From the NCBI GenBank assembly GCA_049724395.1, contig JAUGWO010000109.1:62001-126000 (forward strand): a DNA stretch of 64,000 bases, given 5' to 3'. Shown piece by piece: positions 41,545 to 55,002 of the stretch (within the stretch, counting starts at the first letter, position 1; every line of letters starts with the position of its first letter). Made by a program: the position numbers and the translations under genes. Origin of the DNA: Spongospora subterranea f. sp. subterranea. Taxonomy: Eukaryota. Below the pieces are notes generated by a model, which worked only from the letters and a program-made list of their open reading frames with translations, was not told where the DNA came from and searched no databases.

Positions 41545-42892
41545 TTAAGCAGCAGAATATGTCTCTGTCATAGCTAGGTCATAGTTAATACCATCATTTC
41601 CTGAGTTGTGTTGACGCTCATATATACGGCGATTCCTGAAAAGCGAACACCGAAATGATTAGACAAAAGACAGATAAGACGCAACAAAAATAACCTGTTC
41701 AGAAGATGCGTGATGCTATCGTAATGCACATCTTTTCCCTGATTGATTTCGGCTAATGGCAGGGTCAACACCAAAATAGAGGAGCTGGTACTCAGACTGT
41801 CAATAACCTGATTTACAGCGGTTCAAGAACCATATCAATTTACGTAGTTGGCGATGTTAATATCAGGTGTTTGTGGACCTGTTTAACTCCACTGTCTGAC
41901 ATTGGATTAGCAGTTAAATCAAGCTCTCGAAGGCGACAATTCTGGACGATCATGGCAGCTATTGATGCAGAGGAGATACGACATATTCTGAAGATGATGA
42001 TGAGCAGAGAAGGCGATCAAGGGGGATACCCGACCTGTTTCTGGCAAGACCCAGAACTTTTATCTTGGATTCAGAAAGTGAGAGATACTGGGATAACGCC
42101 TTGGAACCCCAAATACCTATCCTATTCCCATCTAAAGCAAGGTGCTCTATCCTGCTGCCGATAAGTCCTTGTATAATTTCAGCCATCTCCACATCAGGGA
42201 CCTTGTTGTCTTTCATTTCTAACCTCAGCACCTTGATTTGAAAAATGAAAAATTAGTAGTGTTGTCAGGAAGAAATGGGCGTTCAGCCAGCTGATATCAA
42301 TACATTTGATGATCGTACACCCTCAATGAATATGGTGAAATTAGCTGATTCCAGATTATTGGCGTTATCATTGATGGTCAGTGTTGATAGGAAATTAGCA
42401 GAAGGAAGACCATGACCAAGTGATGATAAACAGGACTCGGACAAAGACGCCTGGACATGAAGAATTAGTAGATGCGGAAAGGGAGAAAAAAAGATCAACG
42501 ACATTATCCAGATCCAGAGTGTACAATGAGGATAGGGAGAGGGATAGGGCAGCGATATTAGAGGACGATATGGGGTGGTGGGTGAGGGACAGGGCGGCAA
42601 TCATAGAGGGGCGCTGCCTCATCAGTCGCGATAGGCGAATGATTGCATCAGGGCCTATACGGGCGGGTCCTGAGAATGGCAAATATTAGTGAGAAGACGG
42701 AGATAGGCAAGCCATGTAGGCTAAAGAAAAACGGGACTGACCCGATATCAAAGTGACGTTTTGAGGATGGTTTTCGCCCAGGGCTATGAGCTGGGTGACA
42801 ACGGCGTCGAGGGAGGTTCGGGGAGTATTTCTAAGGTCAATAACCAAATCATTGGCGATCTCATGATCTGATGTGGATAATGATGATCCCAT
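41545..42892 (-). CDS. Leucine-rich repeat (RNI-like) protein with predicted N-myristoylation
   Basis: Starts MGSSLS (MGxxxS); LRRs IEHLALDGNRIG, IKVLGLARN, LRELDLTANPMS; multi-exon. Confidence 0.7.
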
Positions 42893-43725
42893 TCACTAAA
42901 TGAGAGAAAGAGAGAGAGAGAGATAGACAAAGAGCAAAAGAGATAATTCAGGACAGGACAGTGTAGTAACGTGCACTGTACAGGCAGGCAGTTAACGATA
43001 CCAGGCCAGTCGTCTCGGCCCCCACACACACACTTGTTAGCGATACCAAGCAGGAGTGCAGGTGCAACTCGAGTACTCTACCTGCATGTCCAGCAGTCAG
43101 CGTGTCTGCGTGTGTCAGGGGGGCGGTGCAGTTCGCGCACTTGAAGTTTTAAACTGGGAGGGCGAGTTCAAAGTCATTTCCATTGTGAGTATTCACGCAT
43201 AGGCTAGCGTTCGAAACAGTTATCATCATCGATAAGAAATCAGACATTCACAAAGTTTCGGCATGTTTAGGTTATCGTCGTGGATGACAAAGTTGGTGTT
43301 GGATCTCTCAACATAATGATTAAACGCGCAAAAACAGTAAAGTATTTTTGCAAATGATTACGTAACGACTAAAAAATATAAATGCCGGTAATTGGCATTA
43401 TTTTCCAAAACTGCTGTCATATCCTTGAATGATTTGCGTCACGAGGCGTGAAATCAGATGGGTCTTATTTCCGTACGATCTAATACAGCATCAGTGTTTT
43501 ACTGGTAACGACTAGCTGTTGCACTGCACTGGTGGTCTACTGGTGTCATAATCCTTCAAGATTTGACTTTATGTTGCACTGGTGTGACTGGGATCACCTG
43601 TGACTTCCTGTCGCACTGATGACACGAACATGTGGTCTGACTGTGTCCCGAATCACCACCGCGAGTGAAGACTGAATCATTTAGATAATGATGCTGCAAT
43701 TGAGACGATTACGATCAGTGATTCG

Positions 43726-46700
43726 ATGGAGGAGGAAGAGAGAGATAAGATTATGGGCAGTCTAGAGAGTAGTCTGGGTGACGACAATGCTGTCAGCCGA
43801 GGAGGTTCTCGCCTAGGAAACAGTTTTGCCTCTGGGTCCCAAACTATCTTGAACGACTACTTTCATGAGACTCCAAGACTATCACAGAGTTCTGTTTTCG
43901 TAGTCCCTTCCGGATGTAAAGCAAATGTGTTTCAACGGCTTCCCAACGATTCTCAAAAACGCATTCCATTTCTACTAAGACAGCGACAAGATGCTTTGGC
44001 AACTAAATCCGTCACAAGTTCACAGCTTAGATCCGACTGCTTGGAAAAATATTGTAGGCTCTTGAAGCTGTTGGTTACTGATTGCCATTTCTGCAAGATG
44101 TCGTAATTAAATGACGAGAATTCTGGATAGCTCGGAATTTCCGAGGAACTTTCATACAAGAATCCGAGCTCTTTTCATTGAATGTCTCGGCCATCCGAAG
44201 CCAGAAGTTTTCTGTAGGTGATCTTTGCGGCGCGAGAGGTTTTTTGAAACAGCCACCCAGCGCTCTGCAAGCAGCAGACAGTCTGACCAGTTTTCCACGA
44301 CAACCAGGTATTGTTGCTTTCGCGCCTCTCATCGATTCTGCGAAATATTAGTTTGATATTGAGAATATAGTCAACAATGTGATCAATTACTGCACTGATA
44401 TCTCCCTTGTCCATGTTTTTATCTCGGGCTGTATTCGCTGATTTGGTCCCCATGCTCGGCATAAGACAACAAAAATATCGTCTTTGGTCGCTCTGTGGGA
44501 CCTTTCAGAATGACAAAGGTGTTGGTTAGATACGAAGTTGGACCTGCAATGGCGAAGGACACCAAGTTGAATCGGGAAGAGGACATAGTCTGAGTTGGGT
44601 CATTGCGGGCGTCTCTTCTTTATGACCGAACTCTGCCTACGCCATCGTCCCCATTCAACTTGGTGCCCTTTGTCGTTGCAGCCCCAATGCCGTATCTACC
44701 CAAGACCGGATTGGCTCTAATGGTATCCCGTTGGTCGACTTCATGTCCTGCTGGCAACACGCTCGTCTTGCTTCAATAATTTTGGCAGAAAACACTGATG
44801 CGTTATAAGCACTCGATTTCCGAACCTGTGAGCTGACGATCGACATCAACAACGCCGCATTGGATCACTTCAATCGTAGGGCTCCGGATTTTCACTCGAA
44901 CGTCTCCGGTGGCCGACTCCTTCAGACCAGCGATCAGCTGATTGACGTTCAACTCCTTGCGGTGCAAGTCGACCACTAACAGAAACACTGCTTTGAGAAT
45001 GGTTTGTCAAAAGCAATGCAAGCTCAACATGCTGGGGCTTGTGGTCGGCCAGACCGGCGTGAAGCCAGATCCCCACGAAATACTCTGAATTCATCATTGA
45101 ATTTTCGCAGACATCATCTTGTGCGTCATCAGTCCTTCATCGTCGTCGGTAATGGGGAGCTCTCGAAGCAAACGATTCTGGACTGTCGTTGAAATCGGCC
45201 CCAAAATACACCTTGCCGATATCTACCCATGTAATGCATCAATAATCATCACTAAATAACCCTATCGAGTGAATATACCGAGCAAGCAGAATAACAGTGT
45301 TGGTTTTATTGGCGCCAGCCTATTTGGCGAGTGATTTAATGTCGCAGGTAGCTCGAACCCAACGACCAGGTCAAACGTCCCGGATCGATGTCTTGACCCG
45401 TTGTCTGAGTTTTCAACAGGATTCAAACGATCACGGTTTCTTTCAAACCGAAACTGCTTGTGGGGTACAGCATAATGGGGAGACCTGGGTGAAGCAAGTT
45501 CACCAAAGGGTTGAACGGGTTGAGTTAGTTTCGAACTGGTTCTCGACCGGTGGCTCGCCGGATTGTGCACCAGACCCACTGAAGATCCCAAACCTGCCTT
45601 TTAGTTGATTGTGTAATTTGGCAATGCCAACCATGGCCAATCGGCATATTTGCTCTTCTTGAGCGGCAACAATGAAAGTAGTCAGACTCTTTGAGAGCCA
45701 AATTCAGGAAATATGTGAAAAAAATTTGCGGCGAAGAGGGCATGTGATGGCGCTATATGAAGTTGTTGTTATCGATGCCGACTTCCTCCTGAACCTTTGT
45801 TGCTAGGCCACAAACCATGGTAGAAGCTGCTTCTTCCTGTGGCGGAAATTGGCTTTCTTGAAGAACCTGTGAATATAGCGATGCCTGTCGATCGCGGATG
45901 CAGCGTTTTCAACTTGATAAGTTCATCGCGTTTTGGCCATATGACGCAAATACCCTCTACAGCACAATACGAGTATCGAATGTGCGTTCCAGTTGTTGGA
46001 TGTAAACCTGCGACCCCCAGCTGGCATCCCAGCTTGCGACGAAAACATTGGAACAACAACATTGCAAACGCAGTACAAGGGGAAAACGATTCTGCAGTCT
46101 TAGCGCCACCGAATAGCTGTTGAGCTATGCTATGATCAAAACGCCATTTTATCTTTTCTAGGTATAAGTCTGCTGAACTAGCGAATCATCCCATTCACCA
46201 CAATGGCGTGCCTGTCTGCGAACTCGGACAACAGGAAACTGAAGACAGCAGTTGTTCCCATCGCAGTCGACAGTTTGACATCACGACTAGTATCATCTTA
46301 TATATGGGATGCGGTCCATCGGATGGTGCTCCCAAATAATCGTGTTCAGGCCTTAATCACCGATCAATGTCGAACTCATCAGCACTCCCACCTGCGAATG
46401 CGCATCAGATTGTTGATCGCGTCCGGATCATTCCCAATACACAAGACTCTACATTTGTCCACAAAGAGGACGCCATCAACCTGTTCCTCGTCTGTTCAGT
46501 GTATTTTTCGTTTATTTCAGCTGTTTTTCGTATGTTCTCTCACATGAAGCTCAGTTCCCACCTAAGCGAGAGATTATTCTACAATAAGAAGAGGGCAACA
46601 TATCGATTGGTCGATGCCGCTGCAACGTCTTGACCGATCTGAAACACTGGAAAAGGACTTTTGTGAATAAAAGATGGCGGTTCGCTCCCCTGTGTGATGT

Positions 46701-47100
46701 CAGAATAATGAGCATTTGAAGACGCGCTGATTCTGTCAATTGCTTTTCACCATTACCCTAAGAACAATTCGATATGATATTTGCAGGGGTTAACGTCATG
46801 ACTCATGAACAGGGCGAAGCTCTTACCGAGTAATCGACAATTTTGAGAGAGCGCCATAGGTCGTTACGGTACGGTATTACCCTTGATGGAATCCATCAAA
46901 TCGACGAACTAAAAGGAGTTCAAGGTTGTTTTACTGCCGTTCTTGATAGAAACAACGCGTGTACAAATGCTGACTATTCTGCCTCTCATGACGGAGCGAA
47001 GGTGGATATTCTCGAAACATTATTCCCCACGTATTGCTGAATCAACGTTCCAGATCCGTCGGAGTCTGCAGCCGATCAAACGGAGATTGAGACAACACAG
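43726..47100 (+). pseudogene. Decayed RecQ-related (telomere-linked-helicase-like) SF2 helicase relic
   Basis: Eroded motifs in the expected order: IAMPVDRGCSVF (I), VPVVG (Ia), YIWDAVH (II, one base from DEVH), LLIASGSFP (III), SLRYGITLDGIHQI (V); many stops and frameshifts. Confidence 0.42.
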
Positions 47101-49429
47101 GGACAATAAATGTCCCAATCGTCAACTCGAAAATTGATGAGGGTACTGTATTGTCTGGATAAATGCCACAATCCTCTATACCTTGCTATTGGTATCAAAC
47201 TAAACGCCCTAAACTCGTGATTGTATTACGTTCGTGAGTGGCGGTAATGATTCGGCAAGCAGAAAATGTTGTCCGCATTAATCAGCAACAGCAACGAGCC
47301 ATACTGGACACCGGAGCCCCAACCGGATAATCCGCGCTATTGGCGAACAATGAAGGCGCGCCAACTGGCCAACCGACTTGGGCGGTGTTTGGCCCGACAG
47401 TGGTAACAAACAAGTGGACCCTGTGGATTTACTGTACACCGGATGGGCGTTTACGTTGACTGAACACGGCATTTGAACACGGCCTGGTCGGCGTGTGAGG
47501 GTGCGGGACTGCGGGCAATCGGTCGGTGGTGAGGTGTAATGTTGAATTGGGAAACGTTGTTCGGTTCGGTATTTCGTATCAATTCTTATGATAAATTGGG
47601 GTGTCATTTGAAAGGTCGTGTCAGTCAAAATCAAAAATCGACCCGATCGCTGATAATGTGAACTTGTTCCCTCTTTCTGAATTATTTCATCGAAATCATT
47701 GTTTTGCAGATACTGATCGAGAACCGCAGACAGATCGTCAACCATACGGGTTTCGCTCTGATAGCGCTGGTCATCAGTTTCACATTCTTGTTATGGCGAG
47801 TTCCTGATTGTCCCAAACCCCAAATTTAAGGACGTGGGCCGGTACATGTCCCTAATCCCGATATTAGAGGGCGCGTCGTCGCTGCTCATGAGCATCCAAC
47901 AAATGTTTTCTGAGACTTTATTCGATGACACAGAGCATGTGGATGCAGTGGTCATGGAATCATCGCGACTTGGTCGGAGCTGGTAAAACACAATTAGTAA
48001 GTCGATCGCCAGCATGCCTGTGATGAACGTTGCCATATTGCAGGAATATTTTCATCACGAACCTGTGTACAACAATCGGTTGTTTCTTCGTCGGTTCACG
48101 ATGCGAAAGGGCTGTGTTCAAAGACTTGTACAGAGTGTCGAAGAGTGTCTTCCCATCGTTATCCGCTGAAATCGGGCCAGCACTTTTGTCGGACAAAATC
48201 GATTCTGGGACTGATCCAAAAGCACATTATTATTGACGGTCCAGAGCCAGACAGTAAACCTTGCCAACCAATGCAAACAAAAGGCTACAAAGAGAGCAGT
48301 TTCGCCTTTATGGTTCCTCAGATTACTTATTCTGCACGTGCCAACGTTGTCTGTGAGATGAAATCAGCGACTTGAATGTGCCAGGTCCTCATTTTGAGCA
48401 GATACCAAACATCCAGATTATTGACCGCTTGGCGCCGCGCTCCAGCTATAATCAACAATGATATGTTCATTTGCTGTGAGATTCCAATCGGCCATATTGA
48501 GATGAGGAAGTTCAGCATTATACGGGTCAGAGATTGCTGCACGATGTCCCTGCTGTAATCCCATATTTATCAGCAATAGTACGATTGGCGCCTCGATCCA
48601 GCAGAATAGAATGACCACCACGTTCCTAACAAATCCGTCTCATTGACGGGCTGATCAACTTCCATAACAGATCACGATCAGCCGATGAAGACTAACAGCA
48701 ACAAGGAGAAGTGTCGACCCATCGCTGTATTGGTGGTCGATATCAAACGTTTTGTAGTGCGGTGATGAACATTCCCTCTGTCCTGTTGGCAAATGTTTGG
48801 TGAAATTGGATCAACTTTACTGGCGATTCTCTGAAATGGGGTTCCCCCATAATTATCCAATATGGTTGGGATCGGCACCACCATTGTCGAACAGCGTTCT
48901 GGCCCAGGTTCACATTGTTAATACAAAAACACTCACTATCGAAGGAGGCGATTAGGCCCAGACAGTAAATTTGACCAAACCATGGCCAATGTCTGTCTTA
49001 AACAGAGCAGTCCGCCCCATCATTGGTACCTCAGATTGATTATTCCATTGCACGTCCCTGTCAATACTTCAATGACATCTCCGTTCTATGACATCAAAAT
49101 ACGCGAGTTGAATTTGTTGGAGCCAGATCTGAACAATAAATAGACCAAGATGAGTCCTCATCCTAATCAGGAGCAATGTTTTTGGCCTCAAGCGACTCAT
49201 ATGAATGATGATCGGGTGACGTCAGTGAAATTGTTAATCAGATATCAATTGAGATGCAGAGCTGTGTGTCGCCAAAAACAATCAGGTAGAAATGGGGTCG
49301 GCCCCTCTATCCAACAGAATCTGGCCGATAACAAAACTGGGGATAAACTCAAAGACGAATTAAATTCTCTCACAATACATGGAGAGATGTTTCAGAACTC
49401 CCAAGAGGCTCTAAACCAATAGGATGTCG

Positions 49430-49728
49430 GTGGATTTTCAAAATCAAAGAAGTATGCACTGCTGACGTTCCACTCGATTCCTCCTGGATACTGAAGCATC
49501 ACTCCAATGGAACATCATCATGGTTCAAAGCTCGTCTTGTTATTCAAGGTTTTCGCCAGAAACAGGGGTTAAACTATTCCAATACGTATGCACCTGTAAT
49601 GTGAACTGACATATTACGACTAATGCTGGCACTTTCTACATTCAAGACAAGGATATTATTGCCGAACATATGGATGTTGTCACACCCTTTTTGAATGACC
49701 CAATATCTGAAGATATATACATGAACTC
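49430..49728 (+). mobile_element. Ty1/Copia reverse transcriptase fragment
   Basis: FKARLVIQGFRQKQGLNYSNTYAPV ... HMDVVTPFLNDPISEDIYM, the Copia RVT_2 signature; truncated by the adjacent Gypsy. Confidence 0.88.
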
Positions 49729-51130
49729 AGAATAATAGGAAACTGCGGTGAATCAATGATGTTCAAAATGATGAGCTCTTTGTGCCCATTGATGGTCATA
49801 GTGACAGGGGTTGTCTCATTTATGATAGGGGGAAGGGGTCGTCCATCAACGACTGGGCATTGAGGGGCTGTAACTTGTGAACGAGAGGAATGCCGAGTCT
49901 TAGCATTGTGGATCGATCGGCAAAGACAGAGGTAGCGCAACTGTCGATGAAAGCTGAAGTCGAAATTGGATTGTTATTTGCAATGTAAATTGTCGGGTCA
50001 AAGACGATGAAGTCTTCGTCAGAAGCAGGAACACTGCGGGCCATTATGGAAAAGAGTTGAAAGATTATCGGAGACGGGATTTTGTTTAAGTTCCAATGGT
50101 TTATTGTCCATCACAATGGGTTTGGGGACCGTCGATTTCGCCCGCGCCCTGCGCCATTTCCTGTTCGGACCTCGGGCGTGTGTTTCTGATCGAATAATGG
50201 TTGCTTGAGGATCGGGTTGCAATTCGATTGTCAACCTTGTTGGTTTGTTGGATAATTTCTTTGAGGCTTGTTGCCGCTCGGAAATGTTAATAGAATGTCC
50301 TTCATTTGGTCGTTGAAACCTTATAATAGGTGAAGAGAGAAGGCGGCGGTGACATCCCATTTCGCATCTGCTAGGAATAGTTGGAACTGGGAAGCGTAGG
50401 CAGCGACCGAACGATTGCCTTGACGCGAAGCAGCTTTCTGGGACCTTAATGGACCATGAAACCGTAGTTTGAGACTCTCCAGGAATGAATCAAAATTTTG
50501 CAAACAGGGGTCCCCTGATTAAAAAAAAAAGCGACCACCAGTCCAATGCAGACCCAATAAGCAAATTGCTTAACAGGCCCACACGAGACTCTTCGGTGAA
50601 GTATGTCACCGATTTTTGCTGAATAATCAGTTTTACCTGGTTGGTGAAGTTTCCGAGACTGTGTGGAGATCCGTCAAAAGGTTCCGGCAATTTAACCTTC
50701 GGTTCCTCAATGATGGAGTTGGGGAGATTGTGTGGAAATCCGTCAAAAGATTTGCTGTCGGGAAGTTTGTCGAGAATTTCTGACACGAACTTGTCGAATG
50801 TTCGTGTCAGGTCGTTTAATGCTTGATTGAAATTTGCAATTTCTAGAGAAAGGGTATCAACATGTTGCGCAACATCAGAGATCGACTGCGGTTTAGTTTG
50901 CGGAGCGTCGTCGGCAACCATGCTTTACAAATCAGGGACGTGAGGCGACTATTGTGGCATACAACGTAATGATTAAGCAGGCTTAGAAGCGTGCTGGGCC
51001 ATAGCCAGTAAAGACTGAGAACGAAGTAAGAGGGTTTATTTTAGATGCACGAGCGGAGTTCAATGACTTCAATCCGTAACGGAGGCCGTGAAGTAGGTAT
51101 AGGTGATATAGTATGAACCATGCTTTAACT
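49729..51130 (-). mobile_element. Gypsy element B: truncated gag-protease plus probable LTR
   Basis: gag EPKVKLPEPFDGSPHSLGNFTNQVKL..., RQGNRSVAAYASQF; protease AFIDSCATSVF...IIL; non-coding LTR-like segment ~50965-51130. Confidence 0.85.
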
Positions 51131-51250
51131 GTCAGGCCAAAGGGCATTACTTGGTATTCGAATAAGCCATGCGGTGTGCGAAACGCGGTTTTCCATTCGT
51201 CGCCCTTCCGAATCCGGACTTGGCTGTATGCCCCACAAATATCAAGCTTG
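51131..51250 (-). mobile_element. Gypsy element A RT, downstream piece
   Basis: Translates [40 protein letters not shown] and continues the RT piece that ends ...AGWFS at ~60240. Confidence 0.9.
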
Positions 51251-51323
51251 GTTCCTGTCTGTTCCTGTTGGTGGCAGGAATGTCCGGGTGAGTGTTAGGC
51301 ATGAGTTCGAAACCCCGTGGAGT
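51245..51323 (+). mobile_element. SINE family 1, 5' piece of a copy split by the DNA transposon
   Basis: AAGCTTGGTTCCTGTCTG...GAGTTCGAAACCCCGTG matches the heads at 52806 and 61155; resumes at 59931. Confidence 0.88.
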
Positions 51324-52450
51324 AGAGGTTGTCAAAGTTAAAAATCCGTAGCGAAAGATGCGCATCTTTGGTCCTGAATCTAACCCGAAAGATTCGAATC
51401 TTTCTACGGACATATTTGAAACGGACTTAAGGTGCTCATTGCCAGGTGACTCAGGTGAATGCCTCGATTATCTGAGCGAGGCCAGTTGCTCGGCGATATT
51501 GAACGCCTGGATCGATACAAGGCTGTTGACCTGAGCAGCGCGCAGCTCCTTCGACCGACACTGGCAAGCCAGCTGAAACAACAAATTGATGCACTTATGT
51601 CGCTTTAGTTTGGGATACTTTGTTATCGAAACTTAAACCCTCGACGTTTGATCTTGAAAGGTAACTATCTTGCCGTTTCTGGACGATCAAGAATTTGTTT
51701 AAGACCTACGATGCTCCAGGGAGACATTCCAGGCATTTGTTGATATCATCAAAGGTCACTGCATCCTACCCGTATTTTGGTTTTGATGTTCACACTGTTC
51801 GCTCCAGATGACCTTGTATTTCATAATCAATCGCGCAACGAACAGGCACCTATTTGGATCCAGCTCGCCGTTGCCCTGGATTCTTCTGGCACCGATGGCA
51901 GTGCTGCTAGCCAACAACGCAAACGTCGAATAGGAGTTGCATATGGCACCGCACATTTGTTCACATCCCCTGTAACCCATGCGTTGGTAAACCAGGCAAA
52001 ACACTATGTAGTTCTCCAAGAATCGATCTGATCCATATCACTTCCCGCATTGTCTCTGAAAGGGCTGGCCAGATGCTGCTGAACGTCGTCGCATCAGTCT
52101 CCGTAATGGCCGTCATTTTGGATTTAAAAATTGTGTCGGCAATGCTGACGGTACAGATATTGTGTTTTCGGAAAAACCTCCATTCCATGGAGAAGTTTGG
52201 TGGTCGTACAAAAACCGACACGGCATGAAGGCCATTCTTGTTTGCGATGATCGAAGACTCATTCGGTTCGCTCATATCGGAAATCCATCGTCCGTGTATG
52301 ACAGCACATCGTGGGAGGCAAGCGATATGTGACGAAATCCTCACCTATATTTTTCCAAAGGCCAATACAACATCACTGATTCCGGCTTCACATTGAATCG
52401 ACGCCGGGGAGTGTTGATCCCGTACACAGCGCCATTGTGCAACGTATCAC

Positions 52451-52637
52451 TGTAACATACATCGGTATACACTGGTCAGGTGGATTACTATAGATGCTAT
52501 TTACACACAATAGATGTTCCTATTCCGAGCCAATCCGTAAAGTCCGTCAGGAACTTCGTTGCCAGCTATATCCAATACAATAGGGTAGCCTGTCGTAGGC
52601 TATAACATAGGGTCAATAGGTTGACACATATGTTACA
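52451..52637 (-). repeat. 3' LTR of Gypsy C
   Basis: TGTAACATA...TATGTTACA inverted termini; adjacent PPT; similar to 58291-58485. Confidence 0.9.
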
Positions 52638-52804
52638 CTTCCTTTTTTCAAAGAAATGCCCCACCCATGAAAATTTTAGATAAAAATCCGAAATTTCCTG
52701 AAGCCAGGTTGCGTCTATAATTATTATGCAAAAAAATAGGAACCTTTTACAAGTAGGTTATACTTTCCCTAATCAATATCGTTTCTGATATCAATCTAGC
52801 CCTC

Positions 52805-53228
52805 TAAGCTTGGTTCCTGTCTGTCCCTGTTGGTGGCAGGCATGTCCGAATGAGTGTTATGCATGAGTTCGAAACCCCGTGAGTGATGGAATTTTGGGAG
52901 ACCCCCCAAGGTTGCATCCAATACGGAAAAGTAGAGTGAATGTTGAGCACGAAGGTCTGACCACGTGGCCTCTAATGAATGTGGGAGAGCGAGCTGCTTG
53001 CAGTAAACTCGGACACCCCTTGGATAGGCAATGTAATCAGGTGGGGGCAGGTCCCATTCGGTGTGGTCGTTAGGACAGATTATGTTGCTGAATCCAGCTG
53101 GTCTAATAGGTTCCTTCATTGGATACCCAAGCTACTTGTAGCGGCCAGGCGGAAGTAGGGAAAGCCTGGTAGTACACAGGCTTACTCAACCCATAAGAAC
53201 CCGCGATCCTTTGTATACCATACCATAC
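52805..53228 (+). mobile_element. SINE family 1, full-length copy
   Basis: Pol III B-box GAGTTCGAAAC; (TACCA)n tail; 13-bp TSD CAATCTAG(C/T)CCTC at 52792-52804 and 53229-53241; non-coding; three copies in the window. Confidence 0.9.
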
Positions 53229-54567
53229 CAATCTAGTCCTCACTGACTATCTTGTTAGAGACCATGAATGAATCCTCATCCAAGGTACTGTGAGACTTTC
53301 ACTCACTAAACCAAAAAAATCATAATAATATCGCAACACTGCTGAAATCATATCGTAGGCTAACTGTGGGCTCTCAGTTTCCGACGCCTGGGATATGACT
53401 TTGCCTTACACTTCAACTCTGGTGAAGCAACCACATCAATTGATTTGTCCATCAATTTCTCTAACAAAACCTCAATCTGATATCTCAGTGAATGAGTTTT
53501 GTTTGCAATCAAGAATTCTTGGACCAATGTCCTTGCATCCTGAGCAACTTGCTCTAATGGCTCCCAGGAATTTTCGGTCTCTGAAAATCCCAACCATTTT
53601 ACTAATGCTACGAGCGATTGAGATTTCGAATCCACTTTCACGTTTCACAATAAACTCTGCTTCATATGTAGCATTGTCAAATGCAAACTGATTCTTAATC
53701 TCCTCAGTAACATTCATCTTCGAAACGTCATAAAATCGGATTCTATCTCCATGAACCTTCCGCATTGACTTATCAACTAAGTTCATGACATTAAATACAT
53801 ATCCATTGTTATTCTCAACAATCTGATATGGCCCTCTCCATCTCTGAAAGAGCTTCTGTCCAGACTTCTCAACATCAGGGCTACATAAGACGAAATCTCC
53901 GACACCAAAATTTGATCTTTGCCGCGGTTTCCTTGTCTTTGGCAACTTACGATTCTGGGTCCGTTCAGAACTCGTAATAGCCGCAACTTCTTTGTGCAGC
54001 TGTTCCATAGCACTCTCTAATGTCTCAGTTCTACTGACAATTTGTTCTGTTGTCATCTGACATTTACCCAGGTTCTCTCCAGGCTTTTTGAAGATAAGTT
54101 CCAGCGGATTATCACTCTTTAATCCCGTATGAACCGTTACTGTTGCTTTCCACCCCAGTCTCTTCTTTGGTCGATGGTTGATAGCATGTTCTATTGCTTT
54201 CAACAGCCATGGCCAATCCTATTTATTCCACCTCAACTCTGAAATCAGAGCTTGAAATAAAGACTTCAGTGCCTTATTCACAACCTCAACTGTCCCGTTA
54301 GGATAGTAAATATACGCTGTGGTCCAATGTACACCCGCTTTCTTGGCAAAGCTCCTCATTACTTCTGATAGAAAGTAAGAAGCTTGATCTGAAACATACA
54401 CCTCTGATGTTCTAAACTTTGATCGCCATTCCATCAACGCATCAACAGTCGTCTCCGTATCAGGAGTCACTGCTGGTGTCAGGTGAACCAAACCTGACAA
54501 GTCATCTCACAATAACTAGAACCCATTCAAACTCATGATATGGTCCTTTCACTCTAGGCATTATATA

Positions 54568-55002
54568 GCTTGGTTCTGGTCTGTCCCGGTTGGTGGCAGG
54601 TTAGGACCAGGTCAGTGTGAGACTTGAGTTCGAAAACCCCGTGGGCAGGGATTTTGGGGAACACCCTAAGGTTGGCCAGCTAATACGGAAGTAGAGCGAA
54701 GGTTGAGCATGGCAGGAACGAACCTCTGGAAAAATAGACAGCTGATTTGTAATGATGCGACTTGGGTTCAAGGCATTGTGGTGTTCCGTAAGGGAATTTT
54801 CCCCCGTGTCCTAATGCTCAGGTCATGGGATCAACCTCACACTACTACAAGGTCTGCAGAACATTCAGCGAAGGATTGCAAGTGCGAGCTTGCTACCTTT
54901 AGAGGCGAGAGCCGAAAAAGTGAATCTTGGCCCGATAGCCAAGGGACCGGCAAACCTGCATGAAAAATGCGAACTCAATCACAAAAAAAAAAAAAAAAAA
55001 AA
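54568..55002 (+). mobile_element. SINE family 2 (family-1-like head, unrelated body, poly(A) tail) inserted in the Gypsy C integrase
   Basis: Perfect 15-bp TSD TCTAGGCATTATATA at 54553-54567 and 55003-55017; A20 tail; B-box GAGTTCGAAAAC. Confidence 0.9.

Noticed and set aside
54630..54690. HDV-like ribozyme or RNase MRP/P similarity in the SINEs (CAGCTAAT here; ACACAGGCTTAC near 53175)
   Set aside because: The pairings resolve as simple hairpins; I could not build the nested pseudoknot or the P4 helix
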